A stretch of 64,000 nucleotides of DNA from the NCBI GenBank assembly GCA_030679255.1, contig JAUXTO010000042.1:44714-108713 (forward strand), in the 5' to 3' direction. The notes beneath the pieces are model-generated. The model was not told the origin of the DNA, searched no databases, and was given only the letters and a program-made list of their open reading frames with translations. Of this stretch, positions 21,317 through 30,497 are shown in pieces. How positions within the stretch are numbered: the stretch's first letter is position 1; each line of letters opens with the position of its first letter. The translations under genes were made by a program, and so were the position numbers. Source of the DNA: Candidatus Gottesmanbacteria bacterium. GTDB taxonomy: Bacteria > Patescibacteriota > Microgenomatia > UBA10105 > UBA927.

Positions 21317-21595
21317 ATGAATACATTACAGACGGAATTCCACCAGAAGGTGAACGAGAGAAACCGGATCATCTTTGAGCGGTACAAAATGGTATCGGGG
21401 GATGTGCTTTCCATAGAATATGGTATCAGTCACCAACGGATTCATCAGATTGTTCGTAAAATAGAAAAAGAAACCGGTGTTAGCATGCGCCAGATTATCA
21501 GAGAGCGAAAGCGGGTTGCCGTGGTTGATGCGTGGAGGGCAAAGTCAATGATTTATAAGCATGACTGGGGGTCGGTACAGTATCAACCTGTTTAG
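21317..21595 (+). CDS. HTH DNA-binding protein (sigma region 4/Mor-like)
   Basis: ERNRIIFE..LSIEYGISHQRIHQIV; divergent from the packaging operon. Confidence 0.75.
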   Translation: MNTLQTEFHQKVNERNRIIFERYKMVSGDVLSIEYGISHQRIHQIVRKIEKETGVSMRQIIRERKRVAVVDAWRAKSMIYKHDWGSVQYQPV

Positions 21596-21730
21596 CATAA
21601 GAGGCTACGCTGTCATAAACATTGGTACATAGACATGAAGTTGCTGATATATACTGTTATATTCTCTTAGAAGGTGTTCGAAATAGAGCAATTCGGGCTC
21701 ACTATTTTTGAAACATAAATTGTTTTATAT

Positions 21731-22276
21731 ATGAAACCACGAATCATATATATTCATGGGAATCAGACGACGCATTGGTCTTTCGCGTGGGCTGCGTGGC
21801 TGAAGCAGGAATTGGAAAAGAAAGGCTATATCACGTTTTTTGAAACATTTCCGGATTCTATCATCGCCCGATGCGAATATTGGTTACCGTTCCTCAAAGA
21901 CCATGTGAAGGCGGGGGAACATGATGTGCTGGTTGGTTGGTCTACCGGTGCAGTAGCGGCACTTCGATATGCGGAAACGAATAGAATACTCGGTTCAGTC
22001 TTGATCTCCCCAAGCTACACGGATTTGGATGACGAGATGGAAAAGCAGGGCGGGTACTTTACGACTCCTTGGGATTGGCAAAGCATCAAAAAAAATCAAA
22101 AGCAAATCGCATTATTTTACGGCGACGATGACCCGTACATCCCACAGGAACAGTTTGAATTTATAGCAAAACAACTTACTGCTAGGACGATGAAAATTCG
22201 AGGAGCAAAACACTTTATCGAACAAAACACCTTCCCCGAGCTTCTTGCCTACTTACTCGAAGTATGTTCACATTAG
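21731..22276 (+). CDS. RBBP9/YdeN-family alpha/beta hydrolase
   Basis: IHG, LVGWSTG nucleophile motif, DDPYIP, KHF. Confidence 0.88.
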   Translation: MKPRIIYIHGNQTTHWSFAWAAWLKQELEKKGYITFFETFPDSIIARCEYWLPFLKDHVKAGEHDVLVGWSTGAVAALRYAETNRILGSVLISPSYTDLDDEMEKQGGYFTTPWDWQSIKKNQKQIALFYGDDDPYIPQEQFEFIAKQLTARTMKIRGAKHFIEQNTFPELLAYLLEVCSH

Positions 22277-22308
22277 CATGATAATAATTTTGATTGTATA
22301 ATCAAATA

Positions 22309-23262
22309 ATGCCTTACCCATCATCTGCTAAAGATCAATTCGTAAACGGCGTGCTGCATGAGTCAGATAGACTAATTACTGACCAAGTTAGAACTAGGTG
22401 GTCAGGATATGAGATGAAAAGGATCGCTAAGACAATTCCATTAATTGAAGGTGATCTTAATGATAGTCCGTTTCCATACCATTTTGATCTGAGAACAGGA
22501 GGATTTGTCGATATGGGAGCGTCTGATAGTCAAACTGTGACTGGTGTTAATCGTGATGTCATTTATCGAGTCCAATACCAAAACAGTCATGGAGAACTTG
22601 AGCAATATCCGCCTTTTAAAATCGGTGGTTTAAATATAGTTGAAGGGATCAAAGGAACATCGTTGCCTAAAGATCAGGTCGGTGGGTTGAAACGAGCGTT
22701 GGCAATGATCGAACCAAAACGGGATTTTGTTTTAGATGGAGTTGATTGGAAGGATCTAGCTATGATGAAAGCGTTGAGTGTGATAGGAGTATCCGGGCAA
22801 GATTTGCCCTGGACTACTCTCTCTGAGCGGTTTGAAGAATCTAATTCTGTAGTCCCTCAACTATTACAGTATAAAAATTTCGACGACATTCCTAATTTAT
22901 TTACTCCAGATGAACTTAAGCTAACATTTGGAATAGAATCGAAATTTAAATTATCACGTTTATTTAAAGCGCTCGCCGCAAATCCATCATCCCCTGCTAG
23001 CATATCAACGGACAATTTTTATGCAACTGTTGTAACTTATATGTTGCAAAAATCTTTACCCTCACTTTATGATTTAACAAAAGGTATAAGTACGAAGAAG
23101 CAGCTATCTGCAGATGAGCAGCAAGCGGTTGAGAAAATTACAAGTTTTTGTGTAGATAAAGGTTTGGCTATATGGGAGAATATAGAATCTGATAAGAGAT
23201 TGGTACTAAACCCGCACGTTATTAATTGGATAAGAAGTATGGTTCCCGACAAAGCTGAGTAA
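22309..23262 (+). CDS. Hypothetical protein (AT-rich)
   Basis: Long ORF; TATAAT 6 nt before ATG 22309; no motif recognised. Confidence 0.6.
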   Translation: MPYPSSAKDQFVNGVLHESDRLITDQVRTRWSGYEMKRIAKTIPLIEGDLNDSPFPYHFDLRTGGFVDMGASDSQTVTGVNRDVIYRVQYQNSHGELEQYPPFKIGGLNIVEGIKGTSLPKDQVGGLKRALAMIEPKRDFVLDGVDWKDLAMMKALSVIGVSGQDLPWTTLSERFEESNSVVPQLLQYKNFDDIPNLFTPDELKLTFGIESKFKLSRLFKALAANPSSPASISTDNFYATVVTYMLQKSLPSLYDLTKGISTKKQLSADEQQAVEKITSFCVDKGLAIWENIESDKRLVLNPHVINWIRSMVPDKAE

Positions 23263-23297
23263 TTTGTTTCATGAGTCTGAGACCAAATTTTTAACGT

Positions 23298-23537
23298 TTA
23301 CCGAAATTGGACGATGGCCAGGATGACTTGGGCTACTGCGAGGATCACTTGGGAAACGGCGAGGTAGAGCATCATACGCTGCACCCGGTCCGCGTCTTTA
23401 TTAAACCGCTCAATAGTACCGATGAGCCTCCGGAAAATTTCTGCGTGTGCGCTCTCCGTGTACTGCCGCTCTTTATTGGAGAGGAGCGTATCCACGATTG
23501 CTTCATTTGATTGTTCTTTGGGGTTAGTAGTTGTCAT
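23298..23537 (-). CDS. Small membrane protein
   Basis: C-terminal TM helix with AVSQVIL/AVAQVIL repeat. Confidence 0.6.
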   Translation of the reverse strand: MTTTNPKEQSNEAIVDTLLSNKERQYTESAHAEIFRRLIGTIERFNKDADRVQRMMLYLAVSQVILAVAQVILAIVQFR

Positions 23538-23556
23538 GTGATCGTATTCTAAGATA

Positions 23557-24300
23557 TTAGCTACCCTTTTTCCACTTTACAGAAGTAAGCAGGGGCGCAT
23601 ACATATCATCGTCAAGAGAAATTTCTAATGCTTGAATCTCTTTTTGGTTCGGCGGACGGCTCAGATATGATGCAAAAGGGAAATTGCGGATGAGAGCGAG
23701 GGGCGTCTGTTCATTTCCTTCGCCCATGACGCTGACCGCTGCGGCGGCCAGGCTATCGATGACACTGGCTTTCGTGGCATGCAGGTTTTTGCCAAAAATA
23801 TCCGGCGTCCCGATGTAATTTTTCAAAGGCTCGATACCGCACCAGGCAATCGACCGGCCCAGTGTGCCCCATTGGAGGGGATCAACGTGGGTATCCGTCA
23901 CGATGACGCCGATGTTTTTGAGATGAGATTTTTGCTGGACATGCGTCCAAATCATTGCCGCTGACTCAAAAGGGTTCCGTGGCCAGAGAATGAAATATCC
24001 ATTGCCATTGCTTTCGTCGATGCCGGAATTGGCGACAAGTTTATGGTTTTTGATTGTGATCGTCATACCATACGTTTCTGAAAGCGGTAAATCCAGGTAG
24101 CGATCCGCTTCCTGTTTGATAAGTGTGAGCTTGTCCGTCTGTCCGTCATTTTTGACGAGCGACTGCTCGCATATGCTCACGATTTTGGATGTGACGGCCA
24201 GGATGTCTCCTTCATGAAGTTTTGGAAGATACTGGTCCAGTATTGCCAATAGCTCATCGCCTGGTAAGATGGGTTTGGTTTTGATGGCGGTCACTTCCAT
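23557..24300 (-). CDS. F420-0:gamma-glutamyl ligase (CofE)-like protein
   Basis: GDILAVTSKIVS, ANSGIDESN, GVIVTD, DIFG..L, MGEGNEQTPLALI. Confidence 0.85.
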   Translation of the reverse strand: MEVTAIKTKPILPGDELLAILDQYLPKLHEGDILAVTSKIVSICEQSLVKNDGQTDKLTLIKQEADRYLDLPLSETYGMTITIKNHKLVANSGIDESNGNGYFILWPRNPFESAAMIWTHVQQKSHLKNIGVIVTDTHVDPLQWGTLGRSIAWCGIEPLKNYIGTPDIFGKNLHATKASVIDSLAAAAVSVMGEGNEQTPLALIRNFPFASYLSRPPNQKEIQALEISLDDDMYAPLLTSVKWKKGS

Positions 24301-24336
24301 ATAATCGCATTATATATCAGGTGGTATACTACATCT

Positions 24337-25170
24337 ATGAAGGATAAATATTCCGCCATATGGGTTTCTCATTCCTCAATCGGTGACTATCTCAAATGTC
24401 CGCGGGCGTATTATTTGCGTAATGTCTACCGTGATCCAAAAACGAATCATAAAATTTCTCTTATGGCGCCTGCCTTGGCTCTTGGGCAAATAGTCCACGA
24501 AGTAATTGAATCGCTCTCGACCCTCCCGGTAGAAGAACGGTTTACCCAACGCCTCATTGACCGATACGCCAAAAGTTGGGAGAAAGTCAGCGGGGAGCGC
24601 GGGGGATTTGCCTCAGCGGAGGAAGAAGAAAAATTCCGTATCCGGGGAGAAGAAATGATTGCCCGGGTGGTCGATCATCCCGGACCCCTCACCCATAAAA
24701 CCATCAAGATCCGTCAGGAGCTCCCGTACTTTTGGCTTTCGGAGGAAGACAATATTATTCTCTGCGGTAAGATCGATTGGCTAGAGTATCTAGAGGAGAG
24801 TGATAGTGTCCGCATCGTGGACTTTAAAACGGGTAAGTTTGATGAAGAACCCGACTCGCTGCAGCTCCCGATTTATTATCTCCTGGCCTCCCGCTGTCAG
24901 ACGAAGCCGGTCACCGGTATAAGCTACTGGTACCTCAATCGTGATCCGGAGCCGGTTGCCATGGATCTGCCGGACAAAGATGACGCTATCACCCGTATCC
25001 TTGAGTATGCCAAACGGATTGCTCTCGCCCGTAAACTTGGACGGTTTGTTTGTAAAGATAAAGACGGATGTCGCGCATGCCGTCCTCTTGAGGCAATTGT
25101 GTCAGGAAAAGCAAAACTTGTGGGGGTCAATGATTTTGGACAGGACCTCTATGTTCTTTTATCCGCGTGA
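24337..25170 (+). CDS. PD-(D/E)XK nuclease (RecB/Cas4-like)
   Basis: SHSSI..CPRAYY, GQIVH, GKID, IVDFKTG, QLPIY, C-terminal Cys cluster. Confidence 0.88.
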   Translation: MKDKYSAIWVSHSSIGDYLKCPRAYYLRNVYRDPKTNHKISLMAPALALGQIVHEVIESLSTLPVEERFTQRLIDRYAKSWEKVSGERGGFASAEEEEKFRIRGEEMIARVVDHPGPLTHKTIKIRQELPYFWLSEEDNIILCGKIDWLEYLEESDSVRIVDFKTGKFDEEPDSLQLPIYYLLASRCQTKPVTGISYWYLNRDPEPVAMDLPDKDDAITRILEYAKRIALARKLGRFVCKDKDGCRACRPLEAIVSGKAKLVGVNDFGQDLYVLLSA

Positions 25171-25611
25171 AGAGCGTTTAACGAGTTTGGCGACAAACAC
25201 GATCTCGCGCACCTCTCCGTCATCTGTTTCAAACTCCGTCGATCCCGTGAGGCGTGCAAACTCGCGTAGGTACTCGGAGAGCGACGCATCCGCCTCTTTG
25301 ACCTCTGTCGCCAGTTCATTTGCTTTATCAACGAGTATCTTATTTGCCGGTGCTTTCATGAGTTCTGATTTGGTCGCAGCTTTCACTTTTGCTGCTTTTT
25401 TTGCTTCCTCTTCATGGAGTTTATAGGTTTCGTCATTGGATAGCGCACTTGCGACCATTTCTCGGAGCTTCTTGAGCTCTGTTTTATTTGCATCAATTGA
25501 GGTTATGTGTTGTTTGATCAAGCCTTCTAGGCTCGTCAGTACCGTGGGATCAGCGTGTGGTTGAGTAGAAGGTTCGGAACTGACAATTTGCGCGTCTTGT
25601 ATGTCTGCCAT
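25159..25611 (-). CDS. Hypothetical coiled-coil protein
   Basis: 150 aa, helical, host-like composition. Confidence 0.7.
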   Translation of the reverse strand: MADIQDAQIVSSEPSTQPHADPTVLTSLEGLIKQHITSIDANKTELKKLREMVASALSNDETYKLHEEEAKKAAKVKAATKSELMKAPANKILVDKANELATEVKEADASLSEYLREFARLTGSTEFETDDGEVREIVFVAKLVKRSSRG

Positions 25612-25682
25612 AGAACTATACTATACGGGGCATACACCCGCGAAATCAATAGGGAAGTTTATGGTATACTAGTTTCTCACGT

Positions 25683-26369
25683 ATGTGGAAACATGTCATT
25701 GGTATTGGCGCAATCGTTTCCCTTATCGGGGTGATTGGGTTTCTGGTGGTGAAGCCCACACCGCAACCCGAGGAAACGAGAGTATTGCCCAGTCCAAGTC
25801 CGACACAAGCGGCTGTCGATGTGTTAAGTGAAACTATATCCGTGACACCGACATCAACAGCCGTTACGCCGACACCGATGACATTTGATATGAAAAAATC
25901 CTACACCGCCATCCTTCACACAGAGAAAGGGGACATTACGATTGTCCTTAATGCCCGCGACACGCCCAAGACAGCGGAGAACTTTGTGACACTCGCCCGG
26001 AAAAGTTTCTATGATGGTACGGTATTTCACCGGGTGATCCGCGGTTTTATGATTCAGGGGGGAGATCCCAAAGGCGATGGCACCGGAGGACCAGGATACA
26101 AATTTGCCGATGAACCGATTACCGGAGAATATAACCGCGGGACGGTCGCTATGGCCAATAGCGGCCCCAATACGAATGGTAGCCAGTTTTTTATCATGCA
26201 CGCGGATACCGCACTCCAGAAAGATTACGTCATTTTTGGCCGTGTAACGAAGGGTTTGGATGTTGTGGACGCCATTGCCACCGCAGCTGTTAAAATGAGC
26301 CCGTCGGGTGAGGATTCTACACCCGTGACACCGGTCAAAGTAACATCGGTTGATATTATCGAGAAGTAA
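25683..26369 (+). CDS. Cyclophilin-type peptidyl-prolyl isomerase, membrane anchored
   Basis: FYDGTVFHRVIRGFMIQGGDP, AMANSGPNTNGSQFFI, IFGRV. Confidence 0.95.
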   Translation: MWKHVIGIGAIVSLIGVIGFLVVKPTPQPEETRVLPSPSPTQAAVDVLSETISVTPTSTAVTPTPMTFDMKKSYTAILHTEKGDITIVLNARDTPKTAENFVTLARKSFYDGTVFHRVIRGFMIQGGDPKGDGTGGPGYKFADEPITGEYNRGTVAMANSGPNTNGSQFFIMHADTALQKDYVIFGRVTKGLDVVDAIATAAVKMSPSGEDSTPVTPVKVTSVDIIEK

Positions 26370-26586
26370 TGCGGTCGGGCATAGCGGTTGTGTATTGAGC
26401 CAGAGTATGCTATACTCCTATCTACTGTTGGATTGAAGTAATCCATCTGCTTAACAAAGATAAGTTTCCTAGAAGTGTAAGAGAAAAAACGCCCCAAGAT
26501 TTATTAATAACTTCTGCGTCTTTTCCTCATTTCCGTTAATTTTCCGGTTTTAAGCAGTTATATTTTTTCAATAGGCTCTCAATACT

Positions 26587-27780
26587 ATGAGATTTGACCG
26601 TCCTCACTTTCAACGCCGCGGGTTTTCCGGAGGGAATCGTTCCCGTCCGATTAAAACCGTACCCAAAGCGGCTCTTATGGCCAGTATCGCCCAAAGTAAG
26701 ATCGCGTCCCAAAGAGAACCGGTAGTGTCAAATGAGCCCATCATCACCCACGTTTTTGCGGATTTCGCCCTTGACCGGCAATTACAGGAAAATATCCGGG
26801 CCAAGAGCTACGTTACCCCGACTCCCATTCAGGATCAGGTCATTCCGGCGATCCTTGCGGGCCGGGACGTCATCGGGACCGCTAAAACCGGCACAGGAAA
26901 GACGGCCGCGTTTCTCATCCCCCTTATCCAAAAAGTGACCCTTGACCGCGCCCAACGCGTGCTCGTCGTTGCTCCCACGCGGGAGCTTGCCTACCAAATT
27001 CATAAAGAACTTCGGGATTTTGCACGAGGTCTATCGATCCGTAGCGCACTTCTCATCGGTGGCACAGGGGAGTGGCGGCAGAAGGAAGACCTCTACCGCG
27101 ATCCGCACTTTGTCATCGCCACACCGGGACGGCTTAAAGATTTCATTGAAACCCGGGCGATTCGATTGTCAGGATTCCGCAACGTAGTCCTTGATGAAGC
27201 GGACCGTATGGTCGATATAGGTTTTATCAACGATATCAAATATTTCATATCGCTTATCCCGAAAGAACGACAATCGTTATTTTTTTCCGCGACCATCTCT
27301 GGCGGCGCTGGAGAGATTCTTACGGATTTTGTCCGTAATCCCGTGAAGGTTTCCGTCAATACTCAGGACTCAAAAGCCACCATCATGCAGGATGTCATTC
27401 CTGTCCCCGGAAACACGACGAAGCTTGCGATGCTTCATGAAATGCTTAAGAAAAAGGAATTTGACAAGGTGTTAGTGTTCGGGCGCACCAAGCATGGGGT
27501 TCAGCGGCTCTCTGATGAACTGGAAAAACGCGGGGTGAGGGCGGGCGCCATACACGGCAACAAACGGCAAAACCAACGGCAATATGTCCTTAACCAATTT
27601 GCCAGAAGCGAGATCCAGATATTACTGGCCACGGATGTAGCCAGCCGCGGTCTGGATATCCCAAACGTTTCCCATGTCATCAATTGGGATCTTCCGGAGA
27701 CCATGGATGACTATACGCACCGCATCGGACGCACCGGCCGCGCTAATAAACAGGGGATTGCCCTTACCTTCATTGACTGA
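26587..27780 (+). CDS. DEAD-box RNA helicase
   Basis: Q motif, AKTGTGKT, PTRELA, DEAD, SAT, HRIGRTGR. Confidence 0.95.
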   Translation: MRFDRPHFQRRGFSGGNRSRPIKTVPKAALMASIAQSKIASQREPVVSNEPIITHVFADFALDRQLQENIRAKSYVTPTPIQDQVIPAILAGRDVIGTAKTGTGKTAAFLIPLIQKVTLDRAQRVLVVAPTRELAYQIHKELRDFARGLSIRSALLIGGTGEWRQKEDLYRDPHFVIATPGRLKDFIETRAIRLSGFRNVVLDEADRMVDIGFINDIKYFISLIPKERQSLFFSATISGGAGEILTDFVRNPVKVSVNTQDSKATIMQDVIPVPGNTTKLAMLHEMLKKKEFDKVLVFGRTKHGVQRLSDELEKRGVRAGAIHGNKRQNQRQYVLNQFARSEIQILLATDVASRGLDIPNVSHVINWDLPETMDDYTHRIGRTGRANKQGIALTFID

Positions 27781-27802
27781 CCATTAGGCCATAGATAATT
27801 TC

Positions 27803-28168
27803 TTGGAAATAGTGTATAATGCACCCATAATCCAACAATCCGGAATCAGTAATTATTCTACGAAAAATCAGCGGGACATTATCCTCGACACTGCTGATAA
27901 TCTCACCCAGATAGGGCAGTGGGCACGGGATTGTTTTCATAAAGAAGAGGAGCGTATTGAGCTGTTTTTGACGCTTACCCGCAAAAATCTCAATTCTCTT
28001 CAGGGATTTCCTCTATCCACTGCGTTTGTCCATGACTATAAGAAATTTTGTAAAGGATTTGAGAAATTGGAAGAAGAATACCGCATCGGCATCAGCGACC
28101 GCTCTGAGTGGTCCAAAGGAATCCTCAAGTGGGCATCAAGCCTCACCCAAAGCTCGCATTTACTGTAA
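27803..28168 (+). CDS. Hypothetical protein; start uncertain
   Basis: Helical ORF whose 3' end recurs at 30450-30477. Confidence 0.55.
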   Translation: MEIVYNAPIIQQSGISNYSTKNQRDIILDTADNLTQIGQWARDCFHKEEERIELFLTLTRKNLNSLQGFPLSTAFVHDYKKFCKGFEKLEEEYRIGISDRSEWSKGILKWASSLTQSSHLL

Positions 28169-28335
28169 TTATATCCCATAATGTGATATAATATGGGGTA
28201 TGAGTGATGAACAAGATACATGGCTAAGTATTAAAATTAAACCAACAAATTTGACGGCAGACGTTAGTGCGCTGGATGCCAAATTGGAATCAACTTTTCC
28301 TGCTGGTGTGACACAACATTATGAAGATGGAAAAC

Positions 28336-29412
28336 GAGCTAATAGACAAAACGTGTTGGTAAAAACGGTACTTTAGATTGTTCTTTTGCCCCATATCTAA
28401 ACAGTTATGCTTCTGGTAGCATAATCCGCATGAAAAAACACTCTGTTCTCACTGCCAAACCCCTATGCAGCGGTGGGGAAAAACTGCTGCAGGAAATATC
28501 CGCTGGTACTGCCCACGATGTCTTCATTCGCGCATTAGAAGACGGAAGGATGTTTCGATTCGATCGGCACATGCTCTGTTTGTCACATGGCTTACCGGTA
28601 CAGCATCGTTAGGAGAAATTGCTCGTTCAAAAAGGGTTTCTGTCAGAACACTTGAACGCCGATTTTCGTGTTTCTTGGAAAAAAAGAGCCCGGTTACATG
28701 GTCATCATCTGTCGATGTTCTTATCATCGACGGCCTCTATTTAGAACCCAGAGAGAACTGTGTTCTTATTGGAAAAACAAAAACAACAATCGTTCAGTGG
28801 TTGTTTGTCCAACGAGAAAACTATGGTTCATGGCGTCTCTTTTGCCAACATATTCCTGCCCCGCGCGTGGTCGTCTGTGACGGTCAACGAGGGATGCGGG
28901 CAGCTTTGCGTGACGCATGGCCGCATACTCTTGTCCAACGGTGCATGGTCCATATATTTCAGTTAGCAACAGCACGATTAACAAGGAGACCAAAAACTCC
29001 TGCAGGGCAAGACCTGCGTGTTTTGGTCCAGCAGCTTTTTGCTATCCATACAAGGAGACAGAAACGCCGATGGATCAGGAAGTACAGAAAATGGAGAAAA
29101 CGATATGACCATTTCCTCAAGGAACGAACAATTGGGCAGCAACCAGGCAAGAAACGGACGTGGTGGTATACCCATAAACGGATCCGGTCTGTGCGTACGC
29201 TCCTGGACAATGCACTCCCAGAATTATTTACCTACATCGGACACCCGGAAATCCCAAGGACCACGAACCACGTCGAGGGAGGAATCAATAGTAGGCTTTC
29301 AGAATTACTGTACCGTCATCGAGGAATATCCTTGGAGAAAAAGGAGGTGTTGGTTGCAACGTTCTTGGGGAGGAAACAGGGGCAAAAACCAACACGAAAT
29401 GTCTATTAGCTC
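28336..29412 (+). mobile_element. IS256-family (IS1249-like) insertion sequence, 1077 bp
   Basis: 25-bp inverted repeats GAGCTAATAGACA-nnn-CGTGTTGGT; 8-bp direct repeat TGGAAAAC at 28328-35 and 29413-20. Confidence 0.9.
28465..29409 (+). CDS. IS256/Mutator-type DDE transposase
   Basis: IIDG, VVCDGQRG, QRCMVH, TTNHVEGGIN; N-terminal zinc ribbon and HTH. Confidence 0.9.
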   Translation: MQRWGKTAAGNIRWYCPRCLHSRIRRRKDVSIRSAHALFVTWLTGTASLGEIARSKRVSVRTLERRFSCFLEKKSPVTWSSSVDVLIIDGLYLEPRENCVLIGKTKTTIVQWLFVQRENYGSWRLFCQHIPAPRVVVCDGQRGMRAALRDAWPHTLVQRCMVHIFQLATARLTRRPKTPAGQDLRVLVQQLFAIHTRRQKRRWIRKYRKWRKRYDHFLKERTIGQQPGKKRTWWYTHKRIRSVRTLLDNALPELFTYIGHPEIPRTTNHVEGGINSRLSELLYRHRGISLEKKEVLVATFLGRKQGQKPTRNVY

Positions 29413-29798
29413 TGGAAAACACAGTTTTAGACCTGAAGCTGATGGCACTTATGAAGTAAGATTATTAGTGCCCTCAGTGAGACCTCACGTAGAACAAACA
29501 ATCTATTCACACAATTTTGAGCTGATTCAAATCATGGAGCAACCGGGTGATAAAGTTCTTCCTCTAACCTCTCGAGTTTAATTTTTTATTATTGTAGCTA
29601 GTAGTAAGTACTCTGTTTCCACAAAATTCAAACCCATTTCAAAGAAAATTTGTGATCGCCAGGCTCCAGCATGGTCGTCCTCCGCGCTTTCGTTTAAAAA
29701 CATTTTTCTACCTCCCTACAAGATAAAAGCCCCGCCTCGGCGGAGCAAAAAAATCCTACTATTATCGATAGACCATACGCAGATGATATACTCGAAAT

Positions 29799-29951
29799 AT
29801 GTATTTAGTTCTTATAGCGTTATCGCTTATTACTCTTGTTGTATTAGATTGGAAAGTTGGATTACCCGTGGCTATTATAGTATTTTGTTTAGATAGGGTT
29901 ATAGATCGTTCTAGAAGAGAGTTAGAGGAAAAAATCAATAAACCACTGTAA
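29799..29951 (+). CDS. 50-aa membrane peptide (not in ORF track)
   Basis: MYLVLIALSLITLVVLDWKVGLPVAIIVFCLDRV...; TATACT 6 nt upstream. Confidence 0.5.
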   Translation: MYLVLIALSLITLVVLDWKVGLPVAIIVFCLDRVIDRSRRELEEKINKPL

Positions 29952-30042
29952 TTCGATTCTTTGTTTGAATAGGCCCATCAATCTTCCAGGTTAAAGTGCT
30001 AAAATAAGCGCAGCAATTCATTGTGTTGAAAGGAATGTACCT

Positions 30043-30375
30043 ATGACAAACCCAATTACAATATTTGAAGAAATAAAGAAAATGAATGAATACCAGTCGG
30101 AGTATTGGTCTGCGCGTTAGTTCGCGAAAATTTTGGAATATGCAGATTATCGTAACTTTGAGACTGTTATTAAAAAGGCTAAGGAATCGTGTAAACATAG
30201 CGCCCAGTCAATCCGCGATCATTTCGTTGACGTCACCGATATGATCGAAGTAGGTAAAACTGCATCACGAAGATTCGTCAAACCATACAAGAGCTTGGCG
30301 GTACTATGCCTGAGCGGTTATGGGCGGGTGATGATATTACAAAAGCAAAAAGAAGAATATCATCACAGAAATTAA
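30043..30375 (+). pseudogene. dinD: DNA damage-inducible protein D (Bro-N-like), nonsense-interrupted and truncated
   Basis: FEEIKK.NE..EYWSAR*FAKILEY.DYRNF..VIKKAKESC..DHFVDVTDMIEVG; TAG at 30118-30120. Confidence 0.8.
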
Positions 30376-30497
30376 CGAAACAATTGAGCGTCGGTGATGA
30401 ACATGATACTTCGTAAGGTTGTCAACAACCTTCCTGGTTAATTATCGAACCTCACCCAAAGCGCACATTTGTTGTAACGTCACGTTTCCCCAATTAT

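Larger units (their letters stand above)
6992..21702. mobile_element. Integrated phage-related element (~14.7 kb; candidate satellite or compact prophage) at tRNA-Lys
   Basis: Serine recombinase, D5 helicase, CHC2 zinc finger, HTH proteins and terminase, bounded by CTCAC at 6992-6996 and 21698-21702. Confidence 0.85.
28200..29581 (+). pseudogene. 98-aa hypothetical gene split by the IS
   Basis: Joining 28200-28335 to 29421-29581 gives one ORF MSDEQDTW...YEDGK|HSFRPEA...LTSRV*. Confidence 0.8.

Noticed and set aside
21567-21577. GGGGTCGGTA matching the tRNA-Lys 5' end
   Set aside because: Only 10 bp, inside the HTH ORF, and the wrong tRNA end for this geometry; likely chance
24337-25170. Cas4-like nuclease as a sign of CRISPR-Cas
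   Set aside because: No repeat-spacer array or other cas genes in the window; solo PD-(D/E)XK nucleases are common
30118-30120. In-frame TAG in dinD as stop-codon recoding
   Set aside because: TAG, TGA and TAA all end intact genes in this window, and the gene is also truncated
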